A DNA stretch of 64,000 nt. It comes from an uncultured Chloroflexia bacterium. Its GTDB lineage: Bacteria; Chloroflexota; Limnocylindria; Limnocylindrales; CSP1-4. The position numbers and the translations under genes were made by a program. Within the stretch, counting starts at the first letter, position 1, and every line of letters starts with the position of its first letter. This document shows positions 18,679 to 28,249 of this stretch, in pieces. The DNA lies in contig CAVWSL010000015.1 in assembly GCA_963757765.1 (NCBI GenBank), positions 1,922,524 to 1,986,523 of the forward strand, written 5' to 3'. A model generated the notes under the pieces. The model saw only the letters and a program-made list of their open reading frames with translations, had not been told where the DNA came from and ran no database searches.

Positions 18679-19800
18679 TCAGCAGGGCCTGGTCAGACGG
18701 ACCGCGGCCAGCGCCAGGACCTCCGCGATGTCGGAAGCCGCCGCGATCCCCTCGTCCGAACCGAACTGCTCCTCGCCCAGGGGCGTGTGGAAGGCCCAGC
18801 CCTCGGCACGGCCGACCCCCACGAGCGACCCGGGCACTCGCTGGGTGACCGACCCGAAGTCGGTCGCGAAGGGGAGCGGGCCCGGATCCTCGTCCGGCAC
18901 ACGTCCCGCGGCACGCAGGGCATCGAAGACCGTGGCGGTGACGTACGGGTCGGCCTCGATGCCGGGGACCACGGGCCCTTCGCTCCATGCTGCGGGCAAC
19001 GCTGCCCGGAGCTGGCCGGCCAGCGCGCTGAGGCCGGCCGAGTCCGGGGACCAGATAAGGAACTGCGCCGTGACCACGAGCCCGCCACCGTCCTCGACAT
19101 CACCGTCGAGGTCCAGGTGTTCCAGCATCACGGTGGCCCGGGGGTGAGCGCCGGCCGCGTTCACGGCCGCCACCACGGCAGCCATCACCGGCTGTGGGGC
19201 GCCGTCATCCAGCGATCGTTTGCCTGCGACGCGGGCGGTGTCCCGCCGCATCCATGCCGTGCGGGTCCATGCGGTATCGACCGGCTCCGGATGCGCATAG
19301 AGCGCCGCGTCGATGTCATCCCAGGCACCCGCCTCCGCGCTCAGCGCCTTGCCACTGCCGCGTGCCACGGTGCCTGGAGCGTGGATCTCGTCGGCGGGGC
19401 AGCCCATGACGACGATCCGCCCGGCCAGCTCGTCGCGCACGGTGGTGAGCGCCGCGAGCGCACCCACGACACTGCCGGAGATCTGTCCGTGACCGCAGGA
19501 GTGGACCGCGATGGATCCGCCCGTCGGGGGCACCGATGGGACCGCGTCGTACAGTGCCACGATGCCCACGGATCGGCCCGGCCGACCACCCTCGAGGGTC
19601 GCACGGAAGCCGGTGGCCATGCCGCCCAACCCGGTCTCGACCTCCAGTCCCAAGGTCGTGAAGGTCTGCCGCAGATGCGCGGCGCACACGTGCTCCTCGT
19701 GGGCGAGCTCGGGGTGGGCATTGATGAAGCGCACGGTGTGCTCGATGAGCGGCCGTCGCGCGGCAACGGCGGCCCGCAGGGCATCGTCCATGGCACTCAC
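18679..19800 (-). CDS. M20 family metallo-amidohydrolase (AbgB/Acy1-like)
   Basis: HPELAHEE, ATGFRA, YDA, HSCGHG, GCPADE, YAHP, ATDFGSVT, AFHT. Confidence 0.9.
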   Translation of the reverse strand: MSAMDDALRAAVAARRPLIEHTVRFINAHPELAHEEHVCAAHLRQTFTTLGLEVETGLGGMATGFRATLEGGRPGRSVGIVALYDAVPSVPPTGGSIAVHSCGHGQISGSVVGALAALTTVRDELAGRIVVMGCPADEIHAPGTVARGSGKALSAEAGAWDDIDAALYAHPEPVDTAWTRTAWMRRDTARVAGKRSLDDGAPQPVMAAVVAAVNAAGAHPRATVMLEHLDLDGDVEDGGGLVVTAQFLIWSPDSAGLSALAGQLRAALPAAWSEGPVVPGIEADPYVTATVFDALRAAGRVPDEDPGPLPFATDFGSVTQRVPGSLVGVGRAEGWAFHTPLGEEQFGSDEGIAAASDIAEVLALAAVRLTRPC

Positions 19801-19803
19801 CTC

Positions 19804-20694
19804 TCAGGCTGCGGCTGGATGGGACGCGCCGGCTCGGGCAGCGGCGTCACGGATGGCACGAGCGACCATGACCTGGACCAGGTGGTGCTTGTAGTCAGCG
19901 GAGCCGTTCGAGTCCGTGACGGGTGCCGCCGCATCTGCCGCAGCCAGGCCGCAGGCATCGAGGGCCGCCCGGTCCGGTGAGGCCGCCACCTGGTCGGCGA
20001 CGTGGGGCTCCGCGTCCAGTGCCCGCACCGGGGCGATGCCGACCGAGCCGACCGCGACCCGAGCGTGGCTGATCCGGCCGTCGACGACGCGCACATAGCA
20101 GCTGACCGTCGCGGCCGGTCGCTCATGGAACGCGAAGCGCTGGTGGACCATCGCAGCGTCGACGCCGATGGGCGGCAGCTCCACCGCCACGAGCACCTCG
20201 CCGGCCGCCAGGGCGGTCTCGTAGGGGCCCTGTGTGAAGGCGGCCATGGCGACGGTCCGATGGCCCTGATCCGTCCCGATGATGACGCGCGCTTCGGCGG
20301 CGAGCAGGAATGTCGCGGGATCCGAGTGAGGATCCGCGAACGCGAGATTGCCACCCAGCGTGCCCACGCTGCGGACCCGGATGTTGGCGAGGTGGCCCTC
20401 GAGCCGGGCAAGCTCCGGCCATCCCGACGCGATGAGCGGCGAGCGCTCGATCTGGCGATGGGTGACGGCGGCGCCGATACGCAGCGTCCCATCGGCGACA
20501 TCGATGCCATGGAGCTCGTCGATGCGCTTGACGTCCACGAGATGGCCGTACGCGGCAAAGCCGAGCTTCATGAGCAACAGCAGCTCGGTGCCACCGGCAT
20601 AGATGACCGCGTCGTCACCCAGCTCGGCCATCAGGCCGTTCGCCTCGGCGACCGAGGTCGCCACGTGGACCTCGAACGGGGCCAGGGTCGTCAT
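19804..20694 (-). CDS. Molybdenum hydroxylase FAD-binding medium subunit (CoxM-like)
   Basis: AGGTELLLLMK, IRVRSVGTLGGNLAFADPHSDP, GSADYKHHL. Confidence 0.93.
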   Translation of the reverse strand: MTTLAPFEVHVATSVAEANGLMAELGDDAVIYAGGTELLLLMKLGFAAYGHLVDVKRIDELHGIDVADGTLRIGAAVTHRQIERSPLIASGWPELARLEGHLANIRVRSVGTLGGNLAFADPHSDPATFLLAAEARVIIGTDQGHRTVAMAAFTQGPYETALAAGEVLVAVELPPIGVDAAMVHQRFAFHERPAATVSCYVRVVDGRISHARVAVGSVGIAPVRALDAEPHVADQVAASPDRAALDACGLAAADAAAPVTDSNGSADYKHHLVQVMVARAIRDAAARAGASHPAAA

Positions 20695-21848
20695 GCGATC
20701 GCGAGCGATGCCATCGCGGCCTCGAGCCCGGCGCCCAGGTCCAGGTCGACACCCAGGTCCCGGAGCGACTGGCCGATGGCGGCAAGGCCGGCGACCATCC
20801 ACAGCGGTCGCGCGGTATTGCCCATGTGTCCCAGTCGGATGATGTTGCCCGCGTTCTGGCCAGCCGACAGCTGGATGTTGTAGCGCGCGCGGACATGGTC
20901 CCGGACCTGGATGTCGGTCAGCCCGTCGGGGACCGCGATGGACGTCACGGACGCGGCGGCGATCTCCTCCGAGGCTGCCCAGACCCGCAGGCCCATGGCC
21001 CGCACGCCCGTCCGGCAGGCCCTCGCCACGCGCTCGTGGCGTGCCTGGACCGCCTCAAGGCCCTCGGCGAGCATCAGCTCGGCGGCCGCGGCGACACCAT
21101 TGACGTCCGAGACCGACGGCGTGAAGGGGAACCGGCCGCCCTTGTGCCACGTGTCGCGCCAGTCGGTGAGTGACAGGAACGATCCCTTGGGGGCCGCCGG
21201 ATTCGCGTCGATGGCTGCCCATGCCTGCTCGCTGACCGCCATGAGCGACATGCCCGGAGGGCCCCCGAGGCACTTCTGGGGTCCCGCCACGAGCAGGTCC
21301 AACTGCCACGCCTCGCTCTCGAGCGGGATGCCCCCGAGCGATGCGACGCAGTCCACGATGGTCACCACGCCCCGCTCGCGACACAGCTGGCCGATCTCAC
21401 GCACCGGGTTGAGCGTCCCCGACGGCGTCTCGCAATGGACCACCGACAGCACCCTGATCTCGGGATGCGCGTCGAGGTATGCGCGCACGGCCTCGATGGT
21501 CACGGACTCGTCGTAGGGGACGGTGATCTCCCGCAGGTCCGCCCCTAGCGCCCTCAGCCAATAGCCGAAGCCCTTGCCAAAGACACCCGACACCAGGTTG
21601 AGCACCGGTGTGCCAGTGGTCACGAGCGCCCTGGCCGCGGCCTCGAGCCCCAGCACCGCCTCGCCCTGCATCAGGATGATCTCGTGGCTAGTGGTCCGGA
21701 AGATGCGTGCGATCATCGCTTCGGTCGCCCGGAAATGGTCGCCGAACAGCGGGTCGTAGTGATAGAGCACCGGCGCCGCGAGCGCGGCCCGCACCTCCGG
21801 GAAGACATCGTTCGGACCGGCGCTCAGGGTCAGGTCAGCGGGCTGCAT
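20691..21848 (-). CDS. ppaT: Pyridoxamine--pyruvate transaminase (class V aminotransferase fold)
   Basis: LTLSAGP, VLYHYDP, GEAVLGLEAAA, SGVFGKGFGYW, TPSGTLNP, GPQKCLG, FPFTPSVS, GHMG match the recalled Mesorhizobium PPAT. Confidence 0.88.
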   Translation of the reverse strand: MQPADLTLSAGPNDVFPEVRAALAAPVLYHYDPLFGDHFRATEAMIARIFRTTSHEIILMQGEAVLGLEAAARALVTTGTPVLNLVSGVFGKGFGYWLRALGADLREITVPYDESVTIEAVRAYLDAHPEIRVLSVVHCETPSGTLNPVREIGQLCRERGVVTIVDCVASLGGIPLESEAWQLDLLVAGPQKCLGGPPGMSLMAVSEQAWAAIDANPAAPKGSFLSLTDWRDTWHKGGRFPFTPSVSDVNGVAAAAELMLAEGLEAVQARHERVARACRTGVRAMGLRVWAASEEIAAASVTSIAVPDGLTDIQVRDHVRARYNIQLSAGQNAGNIIRLGHMGNTARPLWMVAGLAAIGQSLRDLGVDLDLGAGLEAAMASLAIA

Positions 21849-21850
21849 GC

Positions 21851-22036
21851 TCAGCTCCTTCCAGGATGGTTCGTGGACAGGACGGACATGGCGTCCTCGC
21901 GGCCGGCGCCGATGCAAGCGTCGGCGAACAGCGCGACGTCGTGGTCGACGACTGGCGCCGCGAGTGCGGCGCCGACTTCCGGGAACACCGGGTTGGGCCC
22001 GGAGGTCATGATCTGGTCGGCGGGCTCCACGCTCAC
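21851..22036 (-). pseudogene. 61-aa ORF duplicating the PPAT N-terminus (gene relic or mini-protein)
   Basis: EPADQIMTSGPNPVFPEVGAALAAPVVDHDVALFAD aligns with QPADLTLSAGPNDVFPEVRAALAAPVLYHYDPLFGD. Its GTG overlaps the coxG stop. Confidence 0.7.
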
Positions 22037-22638
22037 GCCTCGCGGTCGTCGCTGCCGGGGTTCGCGTCCGCCTCGTCGCGCCGTCCGAGTCGCCGCAGCG
22101 AGCCCCCCAGGCGCGCCGACACGACCGACGCCATCAGGCCCACGCCACCGACGCTGCCGGCGACCGGGAGTGTGGCGGGGTCGACATCCGGAGCGGCAGT
22201 CAGACGCGCCTCGATGCACGTGGCAGCCTCACCCACCAGCTTGCGACTGACGTCGGCGATGATGCCCGCGCCCATCTGCGCGGCCCGGCCCTTGATGTCC
22301 AGGTCGGTGGTCATGCGCACCCGCGAGCCGGTGCCCTCCGGGACCACCTCCATCAACGCGCGGACCCTGGCCGTATCGGCACCGCCGGTGGCGCGCCCTT
22401 CGCCCTCGATGACCGCGGTCCTTGCCACGGCATCCTGCTCCGCGATCCGAAGCTTGCCCTTGTACACGAACTTCATGGGACCCAGCTTCACTGACACGGT
22501 GCCCGGAAACGAGCCGTCCGGCTCCATGGCGCCCAGCTCCGCTCCAGGTACACAGGGTGCCACGAGCTCCAAGTCCAGCAGCGCGACGAACGCCTGGTCG
22601 GGCGGCGTGGTGATCGTGAACTCGTCGGTCAGATGCAT
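22033..22638 (-). CDS. CoxG/SRPBCC family protein
   Basis: VAPCVPGAEL, VSVKLGPM..YKG, KGRAAQMGAGII.DVS. Confidence 0.9.
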   Translation of the reverse strand: MHLTDEFTITTPPDQAFVALLDLELVAPCVPGAELGAMEPDGSFPGTVSVKLGPMKFVYKGKLRIAEQDAVARTAVIEGEGRATGGADTARVRALMEVVPEGTGSRVRMTTDLDIKGRAAQMGAGIIADVSRKLVGEAATCIEARLTAAPDVDPATLPVAGSVGGVGLMASVVSARLGGSLRRLGRRDEADANPGSDDREA

Positions 22639-23573
22639 CAGCGACTTCCCCGCAGGTACGGCAAGCCGAGCGCCGAGGGCAGGTGCGCGTTCCGGGCGAA
22701 CACCACCAGGACCAGGATGACCGAGATGAACGGCAGCATCTGGACCACGTCGATCGGGATATCGACGCCGATGAGCTGGAGTGCGGTCGTCACGGACAGG
22801 GACATGCCGAACAGCAGCGCTCCGCCGACGACCCACCAGGGCCGCCCTCGGCCGAGCATCGCGATGACGATGGCGATGAAGCCGAGGCCATTGGTGAGCA
22901 GGGGCACGAACGTGCCCGCGCTGACGATGGCCAGGTAGGCCCCGCCCACACCGGCCAGGAAGCCGCAGGCCATCTCCGCGAATGCCCGGGTACGCACGAC
23001 GCTCACGCCCGCCGCGTCGAGCGAATCCGGGCGCTCACCGGCGGCGCGGACCTCGAGACCGGCCGATGTCCGACGGAGCGCCCAGCCGATGACCGCCGCG
23101 AGGGCCAGGCCGACGTACACCGGCAGCGGCTGCGTGAACAGGCTGCCGCCCAGGACCGGGACATCTCGCAACAGCGGGATGGCGAACTCGGGCACCGCAT
23201 CAAGACGGGGATAGGTCTGACCGAACCAGGTCGTATGGAGCAGGCTCGTGGCGCCCTCGACGCAGAGCACGATGCCGATGCCCACGACGATCTGGTCCAG
23301 GCCCAGCCGGACGCAGAACAGGACCATCACCAGCGACAGCAGCGCTCCGGCGATGCCGCCCGCCACCAGCCCCAGCCAGAGATCACCGGTCGACAGGGTG
23401 GCGATGAAGCCCAGGAACGCGCCCACCAGCATCATCCCTTCGAGGCCGACGTTGAGGATGCCCGCCTGTTCCGCGATGGTCTCCCCGAGACCAGCGAACA
23501 GGAGCGGCACGGCCGACAGCAGCCCGGCTCCGATGAGCGCGGTCAGGAAGGTCGGCGTCAGCAGATCAGGCAC
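22638..23573 (-). CDS. ABC transporter permease (nucleoside/BMP type)
   Basis: AGILNVGLEGMMLVGA, DQIVVG, GLEVRAAGE, GLGFIAI, P..LG.PY. Confidence 0.93.
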   Translation of the reverse strand: MPDLLTPTFLTALIGAGLLSAVPLLFAGLGETIAEQAGILNVGLEGMMLVGAFLGFIATLSTGDLWLGLVAGGIAGALLSLVMVLFCVRLGLDQIVVGIGIVLCVEGATSLLHTTWFGQTYPRLDAVPEFAIPLLRDVPVLGGSLFTQPLPVYVGLALAAVIGWALRRTSAGLEVRAAGERPDSLDAAGVSVVRTRAFAEMACGFLAGVGGAYLAIVSAGTFVPLLTNGLGFIAIVIAMLGRGRPWWVVGGALLFGMSLSVTTALQLIGVDIPIDVVQMLPFISVILVLVVFARNAHLPSALGLPYLRGSR

Positions 23574-24711
23574 GGGGCGCCGCGGCCTCGGCCTTGCTGG
23601 AGCGCCGCCATCGGGCGGGCAGGATGGGCTCGCCGCGCGCCCGACGATCGCTCAGGAATTGGGTCACGACCATGAACAACAGGATCAGGCCCACCACGAG
23701 CAGCAGGAACACGTTGGGCACGTTCGCCTTGCGGGCGGCGTACTCACCGCCGATGGAGAGCACCCCGAAGAATGCCGCGAACGGGATGACCGCGATGACG
23801 TTGAGGCGCGCCAGGAAGACGAGCGGCACGACCTTGAGCGCGTAATCAGGGTCCCAGTCGGCACGCATGTAGCCGAAGATGCCCAGCATGTCCACAGCCG
23901 CGGCCAGCCCGATGAGGGCGCCGCTGATGAGGAACGTGACCACGATCATCCGGGGCACGTCGATGCCCAGGTGGAGCGCGGCGCGCGGATTGGCGCCCAG
24001 GACATCGAGCCGAGTGCCGAACGAGGATCGGGTGAGCATCAGGTGGACGAGCACGACCACCACCAGGGCTACCACGACCCCGATGTGGATGCGGGTACCG
24101 GGCAGGTCCACGAACATCAGGCTGGGGTCCACCACGAGCGTTTGGGGGATGACCGTGGGACCCCGGAACGGGCCCTTGATGAGCAGGTTGGCGAGGCTCA
24201 CGCCGATGAATGTCATCATCAGCGACGTCACGATCTCATTGAGGCCGTAGCGCACCTTGAGCAGCGACGGCACGAGCGTCCAGGCAGCGCCGACGACCAT
24301 CCCGATGAGGCACAGCACCACCCAGCCAAGGGCGGTCGGCAGGGCGGACAGGACACCGGGAGCGATGCCCGCGATGACCGCGAAGGCGAGCAGGTACTGG
24401 CCGTTGCCGCCCAGGTTCCAGAGACTGCCCCGGAACGCGACGATGAGCCCCGCGCCGATGAGCAGGATGGGCGCCATACGGGTGACCGTGTCCTGGAAGC
24501 CCGACTTGCTGAGCAGGCCGGCCTGCACGATGTCCCGGAAGAAGGCGACCGGGTCGCGTCCGATGAGAGCCAGCAGGAGACCGCAGGTCAGCAGCGCAAG
24601 GATGATGGGCCCGACCGACAACGCGATGCTGTCGACTGGCCGTGCCCATCGGCCACGCGGCGTGCGGTAGTCCGCGACCTCCTCGATGCGTGCCGCGGTC
24701 GGCTCCGTCAT
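23566..24711 (-). CDS. ABC transporter permease (nucleoside/BMP type)
   Basis: FRGSLWNLGGNGQY, NEIVTSLMM; multiple TM segments. Confidence 0.93.
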   Translation of the reverse strand: MTEPTAARIEEVADYRTPRGRWARPVDSIALSVGPIILALLTCGLLLALIGRDPVAFFRDIVQAGLLSKSGFQDTVTRMAPILLIGAGLIVAFRGSLWNLGGNGQYLLAFAVIAGIAPGVLSALPTALGWVVLCLIGMVVGAAWTLVPSLLKVRYGLNEIVTSLMMTFIGVSLANLLIKGPFRGPTVIPQTLVVDPSLMFVDLPGTRIHIGVVVALVVVVLVHLMLTRSSFGTRLDVLGANPRAALHLGIDVPRMIVVTFLISGALIGLAAAVDMLGIFGYMRADWDPDYALKVVPLVFLARLNVIAVIPFAAFFGVLSIGGEYAARKANVPNVFLLLVVGLILLFMVVTQFLSDRRARGEPILPARWRRSSKAEAAAPRA

Positions 24712-26345
24712 CCTGCGACCGCCATCGGCTCTGGGCTCGGCCTCTCGCCCCCGACGATGAGCTCACCGATGCGCGTCTCCGCCCCTGGTCCGTTGTCCAC
24801 GACGCCGGCGATACGGCCCTCGAACAGCACCGCGACCCGATCGGACAGGTCGACGAGCTCGTCGAGGTCGGTGGAGATGACGATGGTCGCCACCCCCCGG
24901 CCCGCGAGGCTCCGGATGCGGTCCCGGACCATCGCGATCGTGCGCACGTCGAGGCCGTGCGTGGGCTTGTTGAACACGACCACGCGTGGCTCGAACGACA
25001 GCTCCCGCGCCAGCAGCGCCTTCTGGATGTTGCCGCCACTGAGCTTGCCGATGTTGGTGTCGGGCGACGGCGTCCGGATGTCGAACTCGCCGATGAGCTC
25101 GTTGGCCGTTGCGTTGATGGCCGGTCGGTCGATCGCACCACTGCGCCAATAGGGGGCGTCACCGATGCGTTTGAGCACGAGGTTGAGGCCGACGGAGTAG
25201 CGCCCGACGACCCCCTCGCCCAGGCGGTCGTCGGTGACATAGCGCAGGCCGAGTCGCTGCCGGTCGGAGACCGCCAGCCCGGTGACGGACACGCCTTCCA
25301 GCCTGATCTCGCCCGAGGCGACGCGTCGCTGGCCCGCGATGACCTCCGCGAGGGCTCGCTGACCGTTGCCGTCGACCCCCGCGATGCCCAGGATCTCGCC
25401 GCCCCGCACGCTCAGGCTGATGTCATGGATACCGTACTGGCCGCTGGCTCCCTTCGCGGAGACGTTCACCAGCTCCAGCATCGTCTGCTCCGAGAACTGC
25501 CGGTGGTGACGGATGCCGTCGACGTCGCCCCGCAGCTCCGCGACCTCGGAGACCGCGCCCGCGGTCTCGCCGAACATGATGGCCACGATGCGGCGTTGGA
25601 GGTCGGTGGGCGTGGCACCCGCGATATCGTCGGGCTCGAGTGCTCCCACGACACGGCCCTGCTTCAGGACGGTGATCCGGTCGCCGATGGCGACCGCCTC
25701 GTGGAGCTTGTGAGTGATGAAGATGATGGCCAGGCCATTGCCTTTGACCGCGACCAGCACCTTCTGGAGCTCCGCGATGCCCTGGGGTGTGAGCATCGAG
25801 GTGGGCTCATCGAGGATGAGCACCCGGGAGCCCTTCCAGAGCGCCTTGATGATCTCCACGTGCTGTTGCTGGCCGAGCGACAGGGAACCTGTCCGGACGT
25901 CCGGATCGACCGTGACTCCAAGGGTGCCGGCGATCTCCACGAGGCGCGTCCGGGCCGACGCGGCATCCAGCACGAGGCCCTTGTTCGACCCGAGCATGAG
26001 GTTCTCGAGGATGGTCAGGGTGGGGATCAGGCTCAGGTGCTGGTAGACCATGCCGATGCCCAGCTCGCGCCCATCGTGCGGCGAGCGGATGGTCACAGCC
26101 CGCCCATCGACACGGATGCTGCCGCTGTCAGGCTGGTACAGCCCCGACAGGATGCTCATGAGTGTCGATTTGCCGGCGCCGTTCTCGCCCAGGAGGCACA
26201 GCACCTCACCGGGCATCGCCCGCAGGCTGATGTGGTCATTGGCGATGACGCCCGGGAATGCCTTGGTGATATCGATGAGCTCGACCGCGGGAGTGGTCGC
26301 CCCCGCGGTCGTGATGACCGGCACGGCCGGTGCGCGATCAGGCAT
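24708..26345 (-). CDS. ABC transporter ATP-binding protein (NupA-like)
   Basis: FPGVIAND, GENGAGKST, AGVDGNGQ, LSGGNIQK. Confidence 0.95.
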   Translation of the reverse strand: MPDRAPAVPVITTAGATTPAVELIDITKAFPGVIANDHISLRAMPGEVLCLLGENGAGKSTLMSILSGLYQPDSGSIRVDGRAVTIRSPHDGRELGIGMVYQHLSLIPTLTILENLMLGSNKGLVLDAASARTRLVEIAGTLGVTVDPDVRTGSLSLGQQQHVEIIKALWKGSRVLILDEPTSMLTPQGIAELQKVLVAVKGNGLAIIFITHKLHEAVAIGDRITVLKQGRVVGALEPDDIAGATPTDLQRRIVAIMFGETAGAVSEVAELRGDVDGIRHHRQFSEQTMLELVNVSAKGASGQYGIHDISLSVRGGEILGIAGVDGNGQRALAEVIAGQRRVASGEIRLEGVSVTGLAVSDRQRLGLRYVTDDRLGEGVVGRYSVGLNLVLKRIGDAPYWRSGAIDRPAINATANELIGEFDIRTPSPDTNIGKLSGGNIQKALLARELSFEPRVVVFNKPTHGLDVRTIAMVRDRIRSLAGRGVATIVISTDLDELVDLSDRVAVLFEGRIAGVVDNGPGAETRIGELIVGGERPSPEPMAVAG

Positions 26346-26396
26346 GACAGGACACGTCGGACCTGCGGTCGCCGGTGCCCTGCCGAACGCTCGTGG

Positions 26397-27482
26397 TTAC
26401 TTCGGCAGAAGCGCCGAGACCTCGTCAGCCGTGGCGGCCACGGGGACCGTGATGGACCCGTCGCTGATGCCCGCGAGGGCGGTCGCCACTGCGGCGGCGG
26501 CCTCGGGGGTGATGTTGGGGGTGTTCAGCAGGGAGATGCCGCCGTTCGCGACATCCAGGGTGTAGACCGAGGTCCCGAAGGTGCCGGCGTCGATCTGGGA
26601 GATGGCGTCCTCGAACGCACCCGTGAAGTTCCACAGGACGGACGAGAGCAGCACGCCGTTGGGGTCGACGGCCGGGTCGGACTTGTCACCGATGACATCG
26701 ATGAACCAGACCTTGTCCGCACCCGCCGGAGGCGTCGCGGTCTCGACGGCCTGGAGCATCCCGAAGGACGAGCCATCACCCATCCCGAACACGATGTCGG
26801 CACCGGCCGCGATGACCAATTCCGTCGTGCTCTTGCCGCCCGGTGCGTCGCCGTAGCCGGCGGGGCCGATCTGGGCCGGTGCGAACTTGATGTCCGGCTT
26901 GGTAGCCAGGGCGCCGGCGATGAAGCCACCTTCCTGCTTGTGCCAGTTGGTGTCATCGGCGGAGATGACGATGCCCAGGGTGCCGGTCTTGCTCATGGTC
27001 GCGGCGAGCACGCCCGCAAGGTAGCCGCCCTGCTGGCTGTCGGTCGCGATGTCGCCGACGAGGTTGGGAGAGATGAGGTCAGGCCGGTCGTAGACGATGA
27101 CCGGGATGCCGGTCTTCGCCGCGTACTGAGAGCCGGGGGTACTGTAGCCACCGGCCTGGGCGATGATCAGCTGTGCGCCGTTGTCGCCCAGCTGGTTGAG
27201 GATGGGCGTCGGGTCGTCGTATCCGGAGCCATCGGCCATCTCGAGCTCGGCACCGATGGAGGCGGCTGCGGCCCTGGCACCCTCGGCACCCTGCTGGTTC
27301 CAGCCGTAGTCGTTCGCCTGCTCAGGCGAGATGTAGGCCATCTTCGTGATCTTGCTGGCCATCGGACTGCCGGCGGCCGGGCTCTGGGCGAGGGCCGGGG
27401 CGACTGCTGCAAGGAGCAGTGACGCGGAGACCAGGCCTGCGGCGAGGACCGCGGTTCGGGAGCGACTCGATCGCTCGGACAT
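26397..27482 (-). CDS. BMP family ABC transporter substrate-binding protein
   Basis: Signal peptide ALA-QS; NDYGWNQQG, GGYLAGVLAATMSKTGTLG, GADIVF, LLSSVLWNF. Confidence 0.9.
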   Translation of the reverse strand: MSERSSRSRTAVLAAGLVSASLLLAAVAPALAQSPAAGSPMASKITKMAYISPEQANDYGWNQQGAEGARAAAASIGAELEMADGSGYDDPTPILNQLGDNGAQLIIAQAGGYSTPGSQYAAKTGIPVIVYDRPDLISPNLVGDIATDSQQGGYLAGVLAATMSKTGTLGIVISADDTNWHKQEGGFIAGALATKPDIKFAPAQIGPAGYGDAPGGKSTTELVIAAGADIVFGMGDGSSFGMLQAVETATPPAGADKVWFIDVIGDKSDPAVDPNGVLLSSVLWNFTGAFEDAISQIDAGTFGTSVYTLDVANGGISLLNTPNITPEAAAAVATALAGISDGSITVPVAATADEVSALLPK

Positions 27483-27508
27483 GGATGTTCTCCTCCTGCT
27501 GGTGCGCC

Positions 27509-28249
27509 CTACGCGACGATGGACAGGGGCATCATCGAGCCGAAGAACAGCCTGCGGCCGTTCTCTCCGAGGACGCCTGTTGCCTGATCCGACGACAGGC
27601 CGCTCACGCGCACCTTCGCGAGCTCCACCGTCGGGTGATGGAATGGGGTGTCCGAGCCATACATGACCCGGTCCGGTCCGACCCGCTCCACCGCTTCGCG
27701 GATCTTGGAGTGCATCGGCATGCCGGACGTCTCAAGGTACACGTTGGGATTGCGCACGGCCACATCGATCGCGGCGTTGATGTACACGATGTTGCCGTGA
27801 CCCATGTGGCCGAGGATGATGCGCGCCTCGGGGTACCGTCGGACCAGCTCCTCGATGCTCCAGGGCAGCGAGAAGATGGGATGGCCGCTATGGATGAGCG
27901 CCGGGAGCTGCCGTTCGATGAGCAGCTCGATGATGGGATGGACCATCGGGTCGTCCGGGTGGTAGCCATCGAGCAGGGGATGGAGCTTGACACCCCGGAA
28001 GCGCGATCCCGGCTCGTCGAGGAGCGCCGCGGTCGCGGCTGAGGCTCCCGGCTCACGTGGGTTCACCCACACCAGCCCATACAGGCCTGGTGTGTCCCTG
28101 ACGATGCCCCGGACCAGGGCGTTGTCCGGGTGGAACACCATGCCCACATCGATGCCGTGCTCGCGCATGGTCGCGACCAGCCCGTCACGGTCGATCGACA
28201 CGTTGAAGTACGGGAAGTCGCCCACGTGCATGTGGCTGTCGAGCAGCAT
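27509..28249 (-). CDS. Amidohydrolase_2 family TIM-barrel protein
   Basis: DSHMH, GVKLHP, LIHSG, LGHMG, YLETSG, YGSDTPF. Confidence 0.9.
   Translation of the reverse strand: MLLDSHMHVGDFPYFNVSIDRDGLVATMREHGIDVGMVFHPDNALVRGIVRDTPGLYGLVWVNPREPGASAATAALLDEPGSRFRGVKLHPLLDGYHPDDPMVHPIIELLIERQLPALIHSGHPIFSLPWSIEELVRRYPEARIILGHMGHGNIVYINAAIDVAVRNPNVYLETSGMPMHSKIREAVERVGPDRVMYGSDTPFHHPTVELAKVRVSGLSSDQATGVLGENGRRLFFGSMMPLSIVA

Noticed and set aside
24642-27422. Long antisense/shadow ORFs (e.g. 926 aa here, 11527-13398, 23248-25152, 30065-31849)
   Set aside because: They mirror real genes on the opposite strand, an expected artefact of high GC codon bias, and have no motifs.
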